This document shows, one piece after another, positions 13,518-26,778 of a DNA stretch of 64,000 bases. This DNA comes from Dendrobates tinctorius (taxonomy: Eukaryota): NCBI RefSeq assembly GCF_039654945.1, contig NW_027361812.1, positions 15,934,001 to 15,998,000 of the forward strand, read 5' to 3'. How positions within the stretch are numbered: the first letter of the stretch is position 1; each line of letters opens with the position of its first letter. The translations under genes were made by a program, and so were the position numbers. Under the pieces are notes generated by a model. That model was not told the origin of the DNA, made no database searches, and saw only the letters and a program-made list of their open reading frames with translations.

Positions 13518-14486
13518 CATAGCATGATGCTGCCACCACCATGTTTCACTGATGGGATTGTATTGGGCAGGTGATGAGCAGTGCCTGGTTTTCTCCATAC
13601 ATACCGGTTAGAATTGTCCCCAAAAAGTTCTATCTTCGTTTCATCAGACCAGAGAATCTTATTTCTCATAGTCTGGGAGTCCTTCATGTGTTTTTTAGCA
13701 AACTCAATGCGGGCTTTCATATGTCTGGCACTGAGGAGAGACTTCCTTCAGGTCATTCTGCCATAATGGCCCGACTGGTGGAGGATGGGCTGGGTGGCAG
13801 TGATAGTTGACTTTGTGGAACTTTCTCCCATCTCCCTACTGCATCTGTGGAGATCAGCCACAGTGATCTTGGGGTTCTTCTTACCTCTCACACCAAGGCT
13901 CTTCTCACACAATTGGGTCAGTTTGACTGGACAGCCAGGTTTAGGAAGACTTTTGGTGGTCCCATACTTCTTTCATTTAAGGATTATGGAGGCCACTGTG
14001 CTCTTAGGAACCTTGAGTACTGCAGAAATTCTTTTGTAACCTTGGCCAGATCTGTGCCTTGCCACAATTCTGTCTCTGAGCTCCTTGGCCAGTTCCTTTG
14101 ACCTCATGATTCTCATTTGGTCTGACATGCACTGTACGCTGTGTGGTCTTATATAGACAGGTGTGTGCCTTCACAAATCAAGTCCTATCAGATTAATTAA
14201 ACACAACTGGACTCCAATGAAGGAGTAGAACCATCTCAAGGAGGATCACAAGGAAATGAATACCATGTGACTTAAATATGAGTGTCTGAGCAAAGGGTCT
14301 GAATACATATGACCATGTGATATTTCAGATTTTCTTTTTTAATAAATTAGCAAAAATGTCTACATTTCTGTTTTTTTTCAGTCAAGATGGGGTGCAGAGT
14401 GTACATTAATGAGAAAAAAATGAACTTTTTTGAATTTACAAAGAGTGAAAAATTTAAAGGGGTCTGAATATTTTCCGTACCCTATG
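13518..14486 (-). mobile_element. Tc1 transposon, 5' half, degenerate
   Basis: ORF 13466-13720 has [25 protein letters not shown]; one terminal repeat with TGAATA/CAGACCC direct repeats ends at TA 14487. Confidence 0.9.
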
Positions 14487-14535
14487 TATGTATGTATGTA
14501 TGTATGTATCTATCTATCTATCTATCTATCTATCT
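14484..14535. repeat. compound (TATG)n(TATC)n microsatellite
   Basis: Visible tandem repeats starting at the Tc1 TA site. Confidence 0.95.
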
Positions 14536-15725
14536 AGCCATCCATTTATTCATATATATCAATTCATCTATCTATAACATTGTACCTTGCACTGTAGAAT
14601 GATAGAATACCAGTAGCCGCGGGTGTCTACACCAGTGTGAATGCCGGCTGCACGCCTCAGATGAAGTAAAGCAGTTTACAATATAATGATGGCCTCACAC
14701 AGAATGATCTGCTTCAGTATGCGGATCTCATTATATATTGCAGCACTCCATCAGATCCTGCACTTGTGTACTCACATGCTCAGATGATCAGGTAAAGAAA
14801 GGCTCTTATTTGAGTCATATTTGCCTCTGGGTAAAATGCATACACTACCATCCAGTCACTCTCGTTTTCATATATTTCCTGAATCGCAAACATTACAGCA
14901 TCTAACTAAGATATTTAGAGAAGGCAATGAAGTAACAATGCGGCCAATGAGAGCAGTAACATATGGAAATAAAAATACTGGGAGGGTGTTACAAGATGAA
15001 TCAAAAAGTAGAGGGACAAGCCTAAATATACGCCCCCTGGAGAAACGGCAGGAGAAGAGATGCCCGACCACAGAATGGTGCTCACGCATCATGGAGTTTA
15101 TCGTAAGCACGCAGCGGATACGTGATACACATACATTGTATTGCTTAATCTCTGACTTGTCTGCTTCTTATACCGGGGTCACATTAGCTTTTACAGAGAC
15201 TGACCACTGCTACAGTCTACCAGCGGTGGCCAAATATGCGCAGCTCTTAAAAGCTCTTTCCTATTGAGCTTGTAAGTCCTGCTCTGAAGTAGGCCGGGAT
15301 CGCTGGAGCAAGCTCCTAGTTCCAGATCTGGCCTGCTGCATTCCTCCAATGCTGCAGAATCAAAGATCCCTCATATATCATTATCAAAAGGGGGCACAGA
15401 TCGGTCCATCGGCACAACAAAGAGCAAACTGTTATTAAATTAGTAGCGCCATTGCCCTGGCAATGAGAAAGCAGGAAGGGAGGGGAGGGATGTACTTCTG
15501 TACCATGATGATGGAGCAACTCTTTCAGAAGGAATGTGTCATCCAGAAATAACTTGCTGTTTAAATCAAGTTTTTATGAAAAACATATTTTTATAGATTT
15601 TTTTGGGTGATTTTTTAAATTTTCTATATCACTATTAGAAGTCAACAAAAATCCTGAAATCTTGCAGTTGTCACACTGAGCTGCACAATACGCTGACACC
15701 CTGCTCTGTAGAGATCACGTCTCAG

Positions 15726-15920
15726 TAGAGATGAGCGAACCTCAACTTTAAAGAGAGAAAAAGAGAATTTTTCAGCTCCGGAGTTCTGGTCCCTATAGAT
15801 TTCACTAGGGTTTGGGTTCATGTTCAAGTCTGGGTAAAGTTCTGGTACCAGAACCGAGCTTTGGACATAAAATTCAGTAGGGTACCAGAACCCAAACTCC
15901 CATGGGTCCCCTCATCTCTA
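15726..15920. mobile_element. hAT-type MITE
   Basis: TAGAGATGAG...CTCATCTCTA TIRs; 8-bp TSD CGTCTCAG/CTTCTCAG (1 mismatch). Confidence 0.8.
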
Positions 15921-16291
15921 CTTCTCAGCACTCATCTCAACATGAGCTGTAAATCCGGTCACCGCTGGAGCTAAGAAAAGCTGATCAGTGTGTGTGCTGG
16001 GTGTCGGACCACCAACTACACGATATTAATTACCTATCCTTGTGATAGGTCATCAATATCATATGACCAGATGACCCTTTTACGTACAGTAAGTTATATC
16101 TCTACTTTTATTTGCTGCTTAAATAGTGCCAGCATATTACATCGTCCTGTACTCAGATTGTCCTGAGCTTATAGGGGGTCAAAATAACCTAACAGCATGT
16201 TTTTGGAGTGTGGTAGAAATACAGACAACCTGAAGCAAATCTATGCAAATATGGGCAGCACATAGAAACTGAACACAGAGCCAACCATTAA

Positions 16292-16845
16292 AGGCCCCAT
16301 CACACTAAGCGACTTACCAGCGATCCCGACACCGATATCAAGGTGTCAGGATCGCTGGTAAGTCGCTATGTGATTGCTTGCCATCGCTGTAAAAAATAGA
16401 ATCAAAATAAAAAATAGAGTTATTCTCACCTTCCGACGTCCTGTTCAGCCATCCCGCCTCTCTCCACGCTCCGGCCCCAGTGATCCTTTGCGAGAATGAC
16501 ATTCGTGCAAAGGATCACTGGGACCGGAGCGTGGAGAGAGGCAGGATGGCTGAACAGGACGTCGGAAGGTGAGAAATAACTATATTTTTTATTTTTTTTA
16601 TTATTTTTTACACCTGATCGCTGGTCTCCCGCCTGTCACACACAGCGATGCGTGCTGGCCAGCGGGAGACCAGCGACCAAAGAAATGTCCAGAGATTTCT
16701 TGCAGCGATCAGCGATACCGGCAGGGGGGCCGCTCGCTGATCGCTGTCACACACAGCGATCTCGCTGGTGAGATCGCTGTTACGTTACAAAAGTTGTGAC
16801 TCAGCAGCGATCTCGCTACCGAGATCGCTTAATGTGACGGGGCCT
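16292..16845. mobile_element. Harbinger-type MITE with internal ~170-bp palindrome
   Basis: TAA|AGGCCCC...GGGGCCT|TAA; near-perfect hairpin at about 16420-16590. Confidence 0.85.
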
Positions 16846-17804
16846 TAATCCTTTAGACTGCACCATCATCTTCCACCAGTGGTATCATCAGACACTTCCC
16901 AGAACAAGGAAAAATCACCTATCCATGGTGACCTAATTGTTGCAAAACATTTGTTTCTGCCAAAATATATAGCAGGTCTGCATCAGGTTTTTGTGATGTA
17001 ATCTGAGAGCACCACGATGTAGGGGCTGAGACCCTGATTCCAGCGATGTGTCACTTACTGGCTGTGTCATGCTCTTTCAATAAAATCAGTGCTTTATCAG
17101 CAGGAGATTATCACTACAACACAAGATGCCCTCTGCCTCCTGGTCCAACCAAACCATGAGTACTGATTAGTAGCTGTCACCATACATTGTATGTGTTAGG
17201 GGTCATACACAGCTCAACATTCTGAGCTCTGCTAGATCTACAGAAGAGAAAAACGTGACTATCACAACTGCTGCCCCCAATAAACTAAGTGATACAGCGC
17301 TGGAAACAGGGCAGTTGTTCCTACTTGGTGCTGCTGTCAGATTACATAGCACAAACCTGCTGATGGATTTTCTTTAACTAAAAAAAGATCTGTTTGGTAA
17401 AACACAGTAGTAATCTATATACATAAAAATGAATGTGTGTGTGTATGTGTGTATCACCAACCAATCATGAAGCATCTTTCATTTCACCAGAGCTGTTCAG
17501 AAGAAGCTGAGCTGTGATTGGTTCCTATGAGCAACAGTTTTCCTTGCAATCACTAAGCATCTCTCATTTCACCAGAGCTGGTTAAAAGAAGCTGAGCTGT
17601 GATTGGATGCTATGACAAACAGTTTTCCCACTTGATAACACCTCAGCAGACACTGACATGGTGGGAGAAATCTAGCATCCCTGGGAACATAAGCTCCCAG
17701 CCATTGTCTGCCCCCCTGAAAGGAGCAGAGAGCACATGACAGAAATGAATCCCCCCTCCCGTGCCTATATACCCATCACACATCCTCCACCCCGTAGACA
17801 CATC

Positions 17805-18650
17805 TTCCCTCTTAAAGGGATCATTGGTATGGAAGTCAGAGCAAATCCATCCAGCGCTTTGGTTTTGACCCCAGGCCTCTCTTAAAGGGATCCCCGGCAT
17901 GGAAGTTAGAACCGTTCCACTCAGCTCTGTGGTTCTGACCCCAGGGTCTCTTAAAGGGATCATTGGTATGGAATTTAGGGCAAATCCACTCTGCGCTTTG
18001 GTACTGACCCCAGGCCCTTCTTAAAGGGATTTCTGGTATGGAAGTCAGGGCAATTGCTTTCAAATGATCTGGTACTGACCCCAGGCTCTCTTAAAGCGAT
18101 CTCCTGTATGGAAGTTAGGGCAAATACCTCGGCGCTCTGATTCTGACCCCAGGGTTCTATTAAAGGGATCACTGGTATGCAAGTCAGGGCAAATCCACTC
18201 AGCGCTCTGGTTCTGATCCCAGGCTCTCTTAAAGGGATCCCCGGCATGGAAGTTAGGGCAAATCCACTCAGCGCTCTGGTTCTGATGCCAGGCCTCTCTT
18301 AAAGGGATCCCCAGTATGGAAGTTAGGACCGTTCCACTCAGCGCTCTGGTTCTGACTCCAGGCTGACCCAAGTCCCCTCTTAAAGGGATCCTCAGTACGG
18401 AAGTGAGGGAAAATCCACTCTGCGCTTTGATACTGACCCAAGGCCTCTCTTAAAGGGATCTCCAGTATGGAAGTTATGGTAAATCCCTCAGCGCTCTGAT
18501 TCTCACCCCAGGCTTCTATTAAAGGGATCATTGGTATGGAAATCAGGGCAAATCCCTCAGCGCTCTGATTCTCACCCCAGGCTTCTATTAAAGGGATCAT
18601 TGGTATGGAAGTCAGGATAAATCCACTCAGCGCTCTGGTTCTGACTCCAG
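17805..18650. repeat. minisatellite, ~69-70 bp unit, ~12 copies
   Basis: TTAAAGGGATC...GTATGGAAGT recurs at 17881, 17950, 18020, 18090 etc. Confidence 0.95.
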
Positions 18651-20078
18651 GCTGATGGGATGATGTAGGATATTAGTGGTAGTAGTCCGGTTGCTCTGGC
18701 TGACGGGATGATGTGGGATATTAGTGGTAGTAGTCCGGTAGCTCTGGCTGACGGGATGATGTGGGATATTATGGGTAGTTGTCCATTAGCTCTGGCTGAC
18801 GGGATGATGTGGGATATTATGGGTAGTAGTCCGGTGGCTCTGTCTGACGGGATGATGTGGGATATTAGGGGTAGTAGTCCGGTAGCTCTGGCTGACGGGA
18901 TGATGTGGGATATTAGTGGTAGTAGTCCGGTGGCTCTTGCTGATGGGATAATGTGGGATATTATGGGTAGTTGTCCATTAGCTCTGGCTGACGGGATGAT
19001 GTGGGATATTATGGGTAGTAGTCCGGTAGCTCTGGCTGACGGGATGATGTGGGATATTAGTGGTAGTTGTCTGGTGGCTCTGGCTGATGGGATGATGTGG
19101 GATATTAGGGGTAGTAGTCCGGTAGCTCTCTCTGATAGGATGATGTGGGATATTATGGGTAGTTGTCCATTAGCTCTGGCTGACGGGATGATGTGGGATA
19201 TTAGTGGTAGTAGTCCGGTAGCTCTCTCTGATAGGATGATGTGGGATATTATGGGTAGTTGTCCATTAGCTCTGGCTGACGGGATGATGTGGGATATTAG
19301 TGATAGTAGTCCGGTGGCTCTGGCTGATGGGATGATGTGGGTTATTAGTGGTAGTAGTCCGGTAGTTCTGGCTGATAGGATGATGTGGGATATTATGGGT
19401 AGTTGTCCATTAGCTCTGGCTGACGGGATGATGTGGGATATTATGGGTAGTAGTCCGGTGGCTCTGTCTGACGGGATGATGTGGGATATTAGGGGTAGTA
19501 GTCCGGTAGCTCTGGCTGACGGGATGATGTGGGATATTAGTGATAGTAGTCCGGTGGCTCTGGCTGATGGGATGATGTGGGATATTAGTGGTAGTAGTCC
19601 GGTAGTTCTGGCTGATAGGATGATGTGGGATATTATGGGTAGTTGTCCATTAGCTCTGGCTGACAGGATGATGTGGGATATTAGTGATAGTAGTCCGGTG
19701 GCTCTGGCTGATGGGATGATGTGGGATATTAGTGGTAGTAGTCCGGTGGCTCTGTCTGACGGGATGATGTGGGATATTATGGGTAGTTGTCCATTAGCTC
19801 TGGCTGACGGGATGATGTGGGATATTAGGGGTAGTAGTCCAGTGGCTCTGGCTGATGGGATGATGTGGGATATTAGTGGTAGTAGTCCAGTAGCTCTGGC
19901 TGATGGGATGATGTGGGATATTATGGGTAGTTGTCCATTAGCTCTGGCTGACGGGATGATGTGGGATATTAGTGATAGTAGTCCAGTGGCTCTGGCTGAC
20001 GGGATGATGTGGGATATTAGTGGTAGTAGTCCGGTGGCTCTGGCTGATGGGATGATGTGGGATATTAGGGGTAGTAGT
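18645..20078. repeat. minisatellite, 48-bp unit, ~30 copies
   Basis: GGGATGATGTGGGATATTA recurs every 48 bp; gives the 16-aa periodicity of ORF 18708-20177. Confidence 0.97.
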
Positions 20079-20913
20079 AAAGTATCCAGAGATATTATCG
20101 TGAAAGTGGCTATGCGGAGTGGGCGGGGCTCTACACACAGCTTTATATATAGATATAATCATTATAATTTGTTATAACTAACCGTAGTTAGTTACTATGG
20201 CCGGGCAGCGCCGGGCTCTTCAGCTAGTGTACATATAAAGTCAAAGGTATACAAGCGTTATAAATAGGTAATATAGTACATAGATGGAACCATACGAGAG
20301 TCATTCCTGTAGAGTAAAATTAATAAAGTACAGAACATAAAGGGAAATGAGACCTGTTGAAATGTTCTTGGAATGAAATTATTTCTGAAAACAAAAAATG
20401 GAAAAACTATGGAGCAGAAAGAGTGAAATGCAGGTTCTAGCTGACAAGTCACTGGAACATTTACATCTATAACTGTGAATGATCCCAACAGCCAGGACAT
20501 ACAAAGTACGTATTCTCCTCTGTCTCCTCTGGTGGTCCGATCTCCTTGCACCGTCTAAAAACATGCTAGTAAGTTAAAATTACCCTTGGTGTTTGTGCAC
20601 AGGCATTTAAGCGTGCACCTGCCCCCCCATGATTGAGATTGCAGTCTCCATTGGGGAAAAGATTGTATCATTTTTGTTAGACAGGAAACATAATGTCAGC
20701 AGTATTTACATTAGGAAGATAGTAGCAATAATATGGCACATATAATATATTATGTATGTGTTGTGTATAAACAATACATTTCGCACTAATTAATTACACA
20801 GCCTCCTTTTCCCTTGATCCTACATGGGGCGCTGCAGGTCTCTTCTACTTACCATTTACCATTAGTTAGGACCTCTGCTGGCAGCTCCAGCAATCATATA
20901 GCGAGTGCAGATA

Positions 20914-22562
20914 CAGTCATATGTTAAAGTTTGGGCACCCCTATTAATGTTAACCTTTTTTCTTTATAACAATTTTGGTTTTCGCAACAGCTATTTCAGT
21001 TTCATATATCTAATAACTGATGGACTCAGTTATATTTCTGGATTCAAATGAGGTTTATTGTACTAGCAGAAAATGTGCAATCTGCATTTTAACAAAATTT
21101 GACCGGTGCAAAAGTATGGGTACCTCAACATAAAAGTGACATTAATATTTCGTAGATCCTCCTTTTGCAAAAATAACAGCCTCTAGTCGCTTCCTGTAGC
21201 TATTAATGAGTTCCTGGATCCTGGATGAAGGTATTTGTGACCATTCCTATTTACAAAACAATTCCAGTTCAGTTAAGTTTGATGGTCGCCGAGCATGGAC
21301 AGCCCGCTTCAAATCATCCCACAGATGTTCAATGATATTCAGGTCTGGGGACTGGGATGGCCATTCCAGAACATTGTAATTGTTCCTCTGAATGAATGCC
21401 TGAGTAGATTTGGAGCGGTGTTTTGGATCATTGTCTTGCTGAAATATCCATCCCCTGCGTAACTTCAACTTCGTCACTGATTCTTGCACATTATTGGCAA
21501 GAATCTGCTGATACTGAGTTGAATCCATGCGACCCTCAACTTTAACAAGATTCCCGGTGCCGGCATTGGCCACACAGCCCCAAAGCATGATGGAACCTCC
21601 ACCAAATTTTACTGTGGGTAGCAAGTGTTTTTCTTGGAATGCTGTGCTTTTTAGCCTCCATGCATAACGCCTTTTTGTATGACCAAACAACTCAATCTTT
21701 GTTTCATCAGTCCACAGGACCTTCTTCCAAAATGTAACTGGCTTGTCCAAATGTGCTTTTGCATACCTCAGGCGACTCTGTTTGTGGCGTGCTTGCAGAA
21801 ACGGCTTCTTTCGCATCACTCTCCCATACAGCTTCTCCTTGTGCAAAGTGCGCTGTATTGTTGACCGATGCACAGTGACACCATCTGCAGCAAGATGATG
21901 CTGCAGGTCTTTGAAGGTGGTCTGTGGATTGTCCTTGACTGTTCTCACAATTCTTCTTCTCTGCCTTTCTGATATTTTTCTTGGCCTGCCACTTCTGGGC
22001 TTAACAAGAACTGTACCTGTGTTCTTCCATTTCCTTACTATGTTCCTCACAGTGGAAACTGACAGGTTAAATCTCTGAGACAACTTTTTGTATCCTTCCC
22101 CTGAAAATCTATGTTGAATAATCTTTGTTTTCAGATCATTTGAGAGTTGTTTTGAGGAGCCCATGATGCCACTCTTCATAGGAGAATCAAATAGGAGAAC
22201 TACTTGCAAGTGGCCACCTTAAATACCTTTTCTCATGATTTGATACACCTGGCTATGAAGTTCAAAGCTCAATGAGGTTACAAAACCAATTTACTGCTTC
22301 AGGAAGTCAGTAAAAAGTAGTTAGGAGTGTTCAAATCAAGAAAATGATAAGGGTGCCCATACTTTTGCACCGGTCAAATTTTGTTTAAATGCAGAGTGCA
22401 CATTTTCTGTTAGTACAATAAACCGCATTTGAATCCAGAAATATAACTGAGTCCATTAGGTATTAGATATATGAAACTGAAATAGCTGTTGCAAAAACCA
22501 AAATTGTTATAAAGAAAAAAGGTTAACATTAATAGGGGTGCCCAAACTTTAACATATGACTG
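20914..22562 (-). mobile_element. full-length Tc1 transposon with ~210-bp TIRs
   Basis: TA|CAGTCATATGTTAAAGTTTGGGCACCC...GGGTGCCCAAACTTTAACATATGACTG; TIRs at about 20914-21125 and 22350-22562. Confidence 0.95.
21142..22164 (-). pseudogene. Tc1 DD34E transposase with one premature stop
   Basis: HTH region, [27 protein letters not shown]; TAG at 21247-21249, then the frame continues EWSQIP...KGGSTKY*. Confidence 0.9.
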
Positions 22563-22800
22563 CAGAAAAGGGGCTCAGCCATGATCACATAGTGTTTTAG
22601 CATACATTCAATAACTCCATCTGAAGGGGCTTACATCTGAAGCCCCTCAAAATAGGATTCGGGTGTATACACTGAGGGGGCCATTGTCTAAATTTGTGCA
22701 GACTTATTCACAGTGTGCTATGTTGGACAATAAATGCTTATTGGAGGTGGACACCAAGACATACTCGACTACATCTTGTTGCCCACCACAACTAGACATG

Positions 22801-24492
22801 TAGTGTCTTGCAAAATTATTCACCCCCTTGACTTTTTACCTATTTCTTTACATTACAACCTGTGTTTATATATTTTTGTAAATATATCTGATTTGTGTGT
22901 GATGCATCAGCACTAAATAGTCTAAGTTGGTGATGTGAAAATTGGCATGTGCATATGCATTCACACCTTTTGCTATGAAGACCCTAAAAATTTCTGGGGA
23001 AAGCAATTACCTTCATAAATCCCATGCTTAGAGAAAGGAAGTCCACCTGTATGCAATCTAAGTGTCACATGCTTTGGCAGTATATAGACAAATTTTCTGA
23101 AAGACCACAGAGGCTGCAACACCATTAAGCAAGAGGCATCACTAACCAAACACCATGAAGACCAAGGAGGTATCCAAAAAAGTCAGGGACAAAGATGAGA
23201 TGTGCAGGTCAGGGTTGGGTTATGAAAAAAATATCCCAATCTCTGATGATCCCCCGGAGCACCATCTAATCCAGTATCAGCAAATGGAAAGAACATGGTA
23301 CCATAACAAACCTGCCAAGAGAGGGGCCCCCATGAAAACTGCCAGCCTGGGCAAGGAGGACATTAATCAGAGTATCTGTCCATATAACCACAATCAGCCG
23401 TATACTCCGTAGAGATGGCCTTTATGGAAGAGTAGCCAGAAAAAAAGCCTTTACTTACACGCAAAATTTATAACAGCAACGGTACAGAGCCGCATCCTGA
23501 ATATATTATATATCTCTCCATATAGGTGTCGCTCTATTTGGACAAACTAGGATCAATCGCTAGTATGTAAAACGAGGATGTGGAAACCACAATAGAAAAT
23601 ATGGATCTATGGTCGCATTTTTCTATTGTGGTTTCCACATCCTCGTTTTACACGCAAAATTTGTAAGGCTCATTCTGAGATTGCCAAGAGACATGTGAGA
23701 GAATGGTTTGGTCAGATGAGACCAAAATTAAACTTTTTGGCCAACAAGGTAAACGCTATATCTGGTGCCAAATCAACGTAGCTCATCACCCCGAGAACAC
23801 CATCCCCACAGTGAAACATAGTGGTGGGAAGCATTATGCTGTGGGGATGTTTTTCGACAGCAGGGACAGGGAAAATAGTCAGAGTCAAGGGGAAGATGCA
23901 GGGTGCGAAATACATGGATACTGTTGGGCAAAACAAGTATCTCAGTGATATGAGACTGGGATGGAGGTTCATCTTCCAGCAAGACAATGACCCAAACCAT
24001 ACTGCTAAAGCAACATTCGAGTTGTTTAAGGGGACATGACTAAATGTTTTGGAGTTGCCTAGTCAAAGTCCAGACCTTAATCTAATTGAGAATCTGTGGT
24101 CAGACTTGAAGATTGCTGTTCAACAGAGGAAACCATCTAACTTGAAGGAACTGGAGCAGTTTTGCCTTGAGGATTGGGCAAAAAACCCAGTGGCAAGATG
24201 TAGAAAGCTCATAGAGACTTATCCAAAGCGACTCGCAGCTGTAATTGCTGCCAAAGGAGGCTCTACAAAGAACTGAATTTAGGGGGGTGAATAGTTATGC
24301 ACACTGAAGTTTCAATAATTTTGTCCTATTTGTTGTTTGCTTCACAGTAAAAAGAAAACAAAGGGTTCACAGTTGTAGACACATTCTTTACATGAATTGA
24401 TGCAAAACCTCAAACAAAACAGTGCAATTCCAGGTTGTGAGGTAGCAAAACATGAAAACTGCCAATGGGGTGAATACTTTTGCAAGCCACTA
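22801..24492 (+). mobile_element. degenerate full-length Tc1 transposon
   Basis: TIRs AGTGTCTTGCAAAATTATTCACCCC / GGGGTGAATACTTTTGCAAGCCACT; frameshifted [31 protein letters not shown]. Confidence 0.9.
23470..23647. mobile_element. short insertion with 15-bp flanking duplication and terminal hairpin (Penelope-like)
   Basis: TTACACGCAAAATTT at 23455-23469 and 23648-23662; ~34-bp inverted arms at 23566-23599 and 23619-23652. Confidence 0.5.
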
Positions 24493-24996
24493 TAAGCCCC
24501 AATGAAGCAACTTGATATATGCTAAAACATAGCCTTAACTACAAATGCTGATGGTTTGTAAATGAGTAAATTAACATGACAACAGTTATTTCCACCTTTA
24601 TCTGTGGTCCTATAGTAAATAGATTTCTAGAAACAGCAGCATTTGCTTCCATAGGCTGCATCTTATTCACAGGTCAACTCCATTTGCTTGATTAGTGCAG
24701 AGCTGCAAGAAAGTCATAGCCCATGGATGAGAGTGGCGCTGCTTTCGGATATAAGCAGATCTTTTCTCAGGTAGCTCTCTAAAGGGGCCCATCTAAGGGC
24801 TAAAGTTTCTCCTTATTGAGAGTAACATGCCTAGACTGGCACGCCAATGTGAGGAGGCTTATAAGCCTTGCAATACTCCTCTGGGAAATTAAATAAGCAA
24901 ATTGCCTTTTCAGAGAGGAACTCTATTGCCATTTATTGGATTTGGCAACTCTAAAGGTCACATTCATCCCTTTAACAAGTTTTGCCACATGACTTA

Positions 24997-25392
24997 GGGT
25001 ACCGTTACACTAAGCGATGCACCAGCGATCCCGACAACGATATGGATCGCTGGTGCATCGCTAAGTGGTCGCTAGTGAGCTGTCACACAGGCAGATCTCA
25101 CCAGCGACATAGCAGGGGTCGGGGATCGCTACTTACCTGTCAGACGAGGCCATCCTGACGTCTTCCCGCCCGCGATCACGCGTCGCTTGTTGGCGCCACA
25201 AGAAGCCCAGCAGGAAGCGCCCGACGAGAAATGATCCAGGACGTTCTCGCGTGATCAGCGATAACCAGCGGGGGAGCCGGTCGGAGGTAAGTATCACATG
25301 TAGCGATATCGCTAGCAATATTGCTGCTACGTCACAAAACCAGTGACGTTATAGCGATATTGCTAGCGATATCGCTATGTGTAACGGGCCCT
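24997..25392. mobile_element. Harbinger-type MITE
   Basis: TTA TSD; TIRs GGGTACCGTTACAC / GTGTAACGGGCCCT; same family as 6962 and 16292. Confidence 0.8.
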
Positions 25393-26778
25393 TTAAAAAC
25401 TAAAAAGGTGCCCAAACACCTATGATCACTGCTAGCCAAATACCAACAGCTATCTCTCTTAGTCTCTCTGTACACGTGCACAGTCAGTTCAACTGTGCGT
25501 GCACGCGTGTTTAATGTGGAGAGAGTGGAAACACCTTCACATGCATCATTAGTCCATGGATAAACCAGCAACGCGCTTCTGGTGCACTCGGCATCCTTAC
25601 TCATGATGCACAAACATCATCACAGTGACGCCACTGGGTGGATTGGGCGCTGGGAACTACGTGTCACAGCAACTGCACGGGAGTCTCGAGAACACGAGTG
25701 CTGACACCGCTGGAATGGCGCTGACACGGGAATATATAAGTGTTCTTATTTTTACAGGGAGCAACCATTCAGATTGAGAAGGGGTTGTCCTAGTAGTGGA
25801 TAACCCATTTTATCTGCTGAACAGACTATCTTATGAGTCTAGAAGAAAATAGCACCAATAATTATGTAGTAAATATATAAAATTCTTGTTCTGAATATTG
25901 ATTCAGTGAATAGACGCTCAGGATCAGGAGGGAAAAATCTGCTTGTTGAGGGCAGACATTGTTGTGTACTACGATTGCACCTATAATCTCATTCCTCTTT
26001 GAACCTTACTATATTCCCCTTAAATGTAATATGTAATGTATTATTTTGTGGGGTGGGAGGGCTAAAATATATAATCAGTGTGAAAATCGGTGAGTTGCTC
26101 CTTCTGTTTGAAGATTTCTATGGCCAAAGGCCACCATATCCAGTGTTATTTCTAATGTTTAATATTGCAAAAAAAAAAAAAAAATCAAAACTGCTGCAGT
26201 TTGGGAAAGAAAAATGTACATCCCCGTTGTCAGATCCTCAGGGATCATACAGTTGCCACCTATAACTGATTACTGTATTTAGTAGGAAAATCCCTTTAAC
26301 TTTAATTTGATCTTGTCTTTAAAGAGTTTGTCTGGGTTCAACTTTGAATTAGGATGTAGGATTGCAGAACATAACAAGCACACCAATACTTACCCCCCTC
26401 AGGTGCCATGCTGCCTCACCGTCACCACCCTGAGGTTCACGGAAGAGCCGCAGTGCCCATTGGTTTGCTACAGATGTAGTAATGACATCTTGTCATGTCA
26501 TCAATAACACTGGGATAAGTATTAGTGATTGCTATGTTCTACCTTTGCATTCCTATGGTGGATTACACATTAAACCAACTGAAATCTCAATCAACAACAC
26601 TAGATATTTATAAAATGAATTTCTCTACTCCCTTAAAAAAATGCAACAATAATTATTATTACAGCCTTTTAGTAAATATTTGAATAATCCCAGAGATCTG
26701 TATCTGGATAAGGCCAACTTTGCCATCATATATTGGAGTCCTGTAGGACAAAATAGACCATGTATCATCAAGCGCAAA

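Larger units (their letters stand above)
17414..20227 (+). mobile_element. non-autonomous Helitron carrying two minisatellite arrays
   Basis: 5' A|TCTATATACATAAAAATGAATG; 3' hairpin CCGG-GCAGCG-CCGG about 10 nt before CTAG|T; sits between A and T with no TSD. Confidence 0.8.

Noticed and set aside
14821-15267. 148-aa ORF and hydrophobic antisense frames
   Set aside because: No recognisable motif or splice support; consistent with chance
17805-20078. CRISPR-like regular repeats
   Set aside because: Head-to-tail units with no unique spacers, no cas genes, eukaryotic context
18708-20177. 489-aa ORF with a 16-aa repeat
   Set aside because: By-product of a 48-bp minisatellite that lacks stops in one frame, inside a Helitron; no sign of gene structure
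20250-20560. small minus-strand exon-like pieces
   Set aside because: Acceptor-like tracts are present but donors are weak and no coherent product emerges
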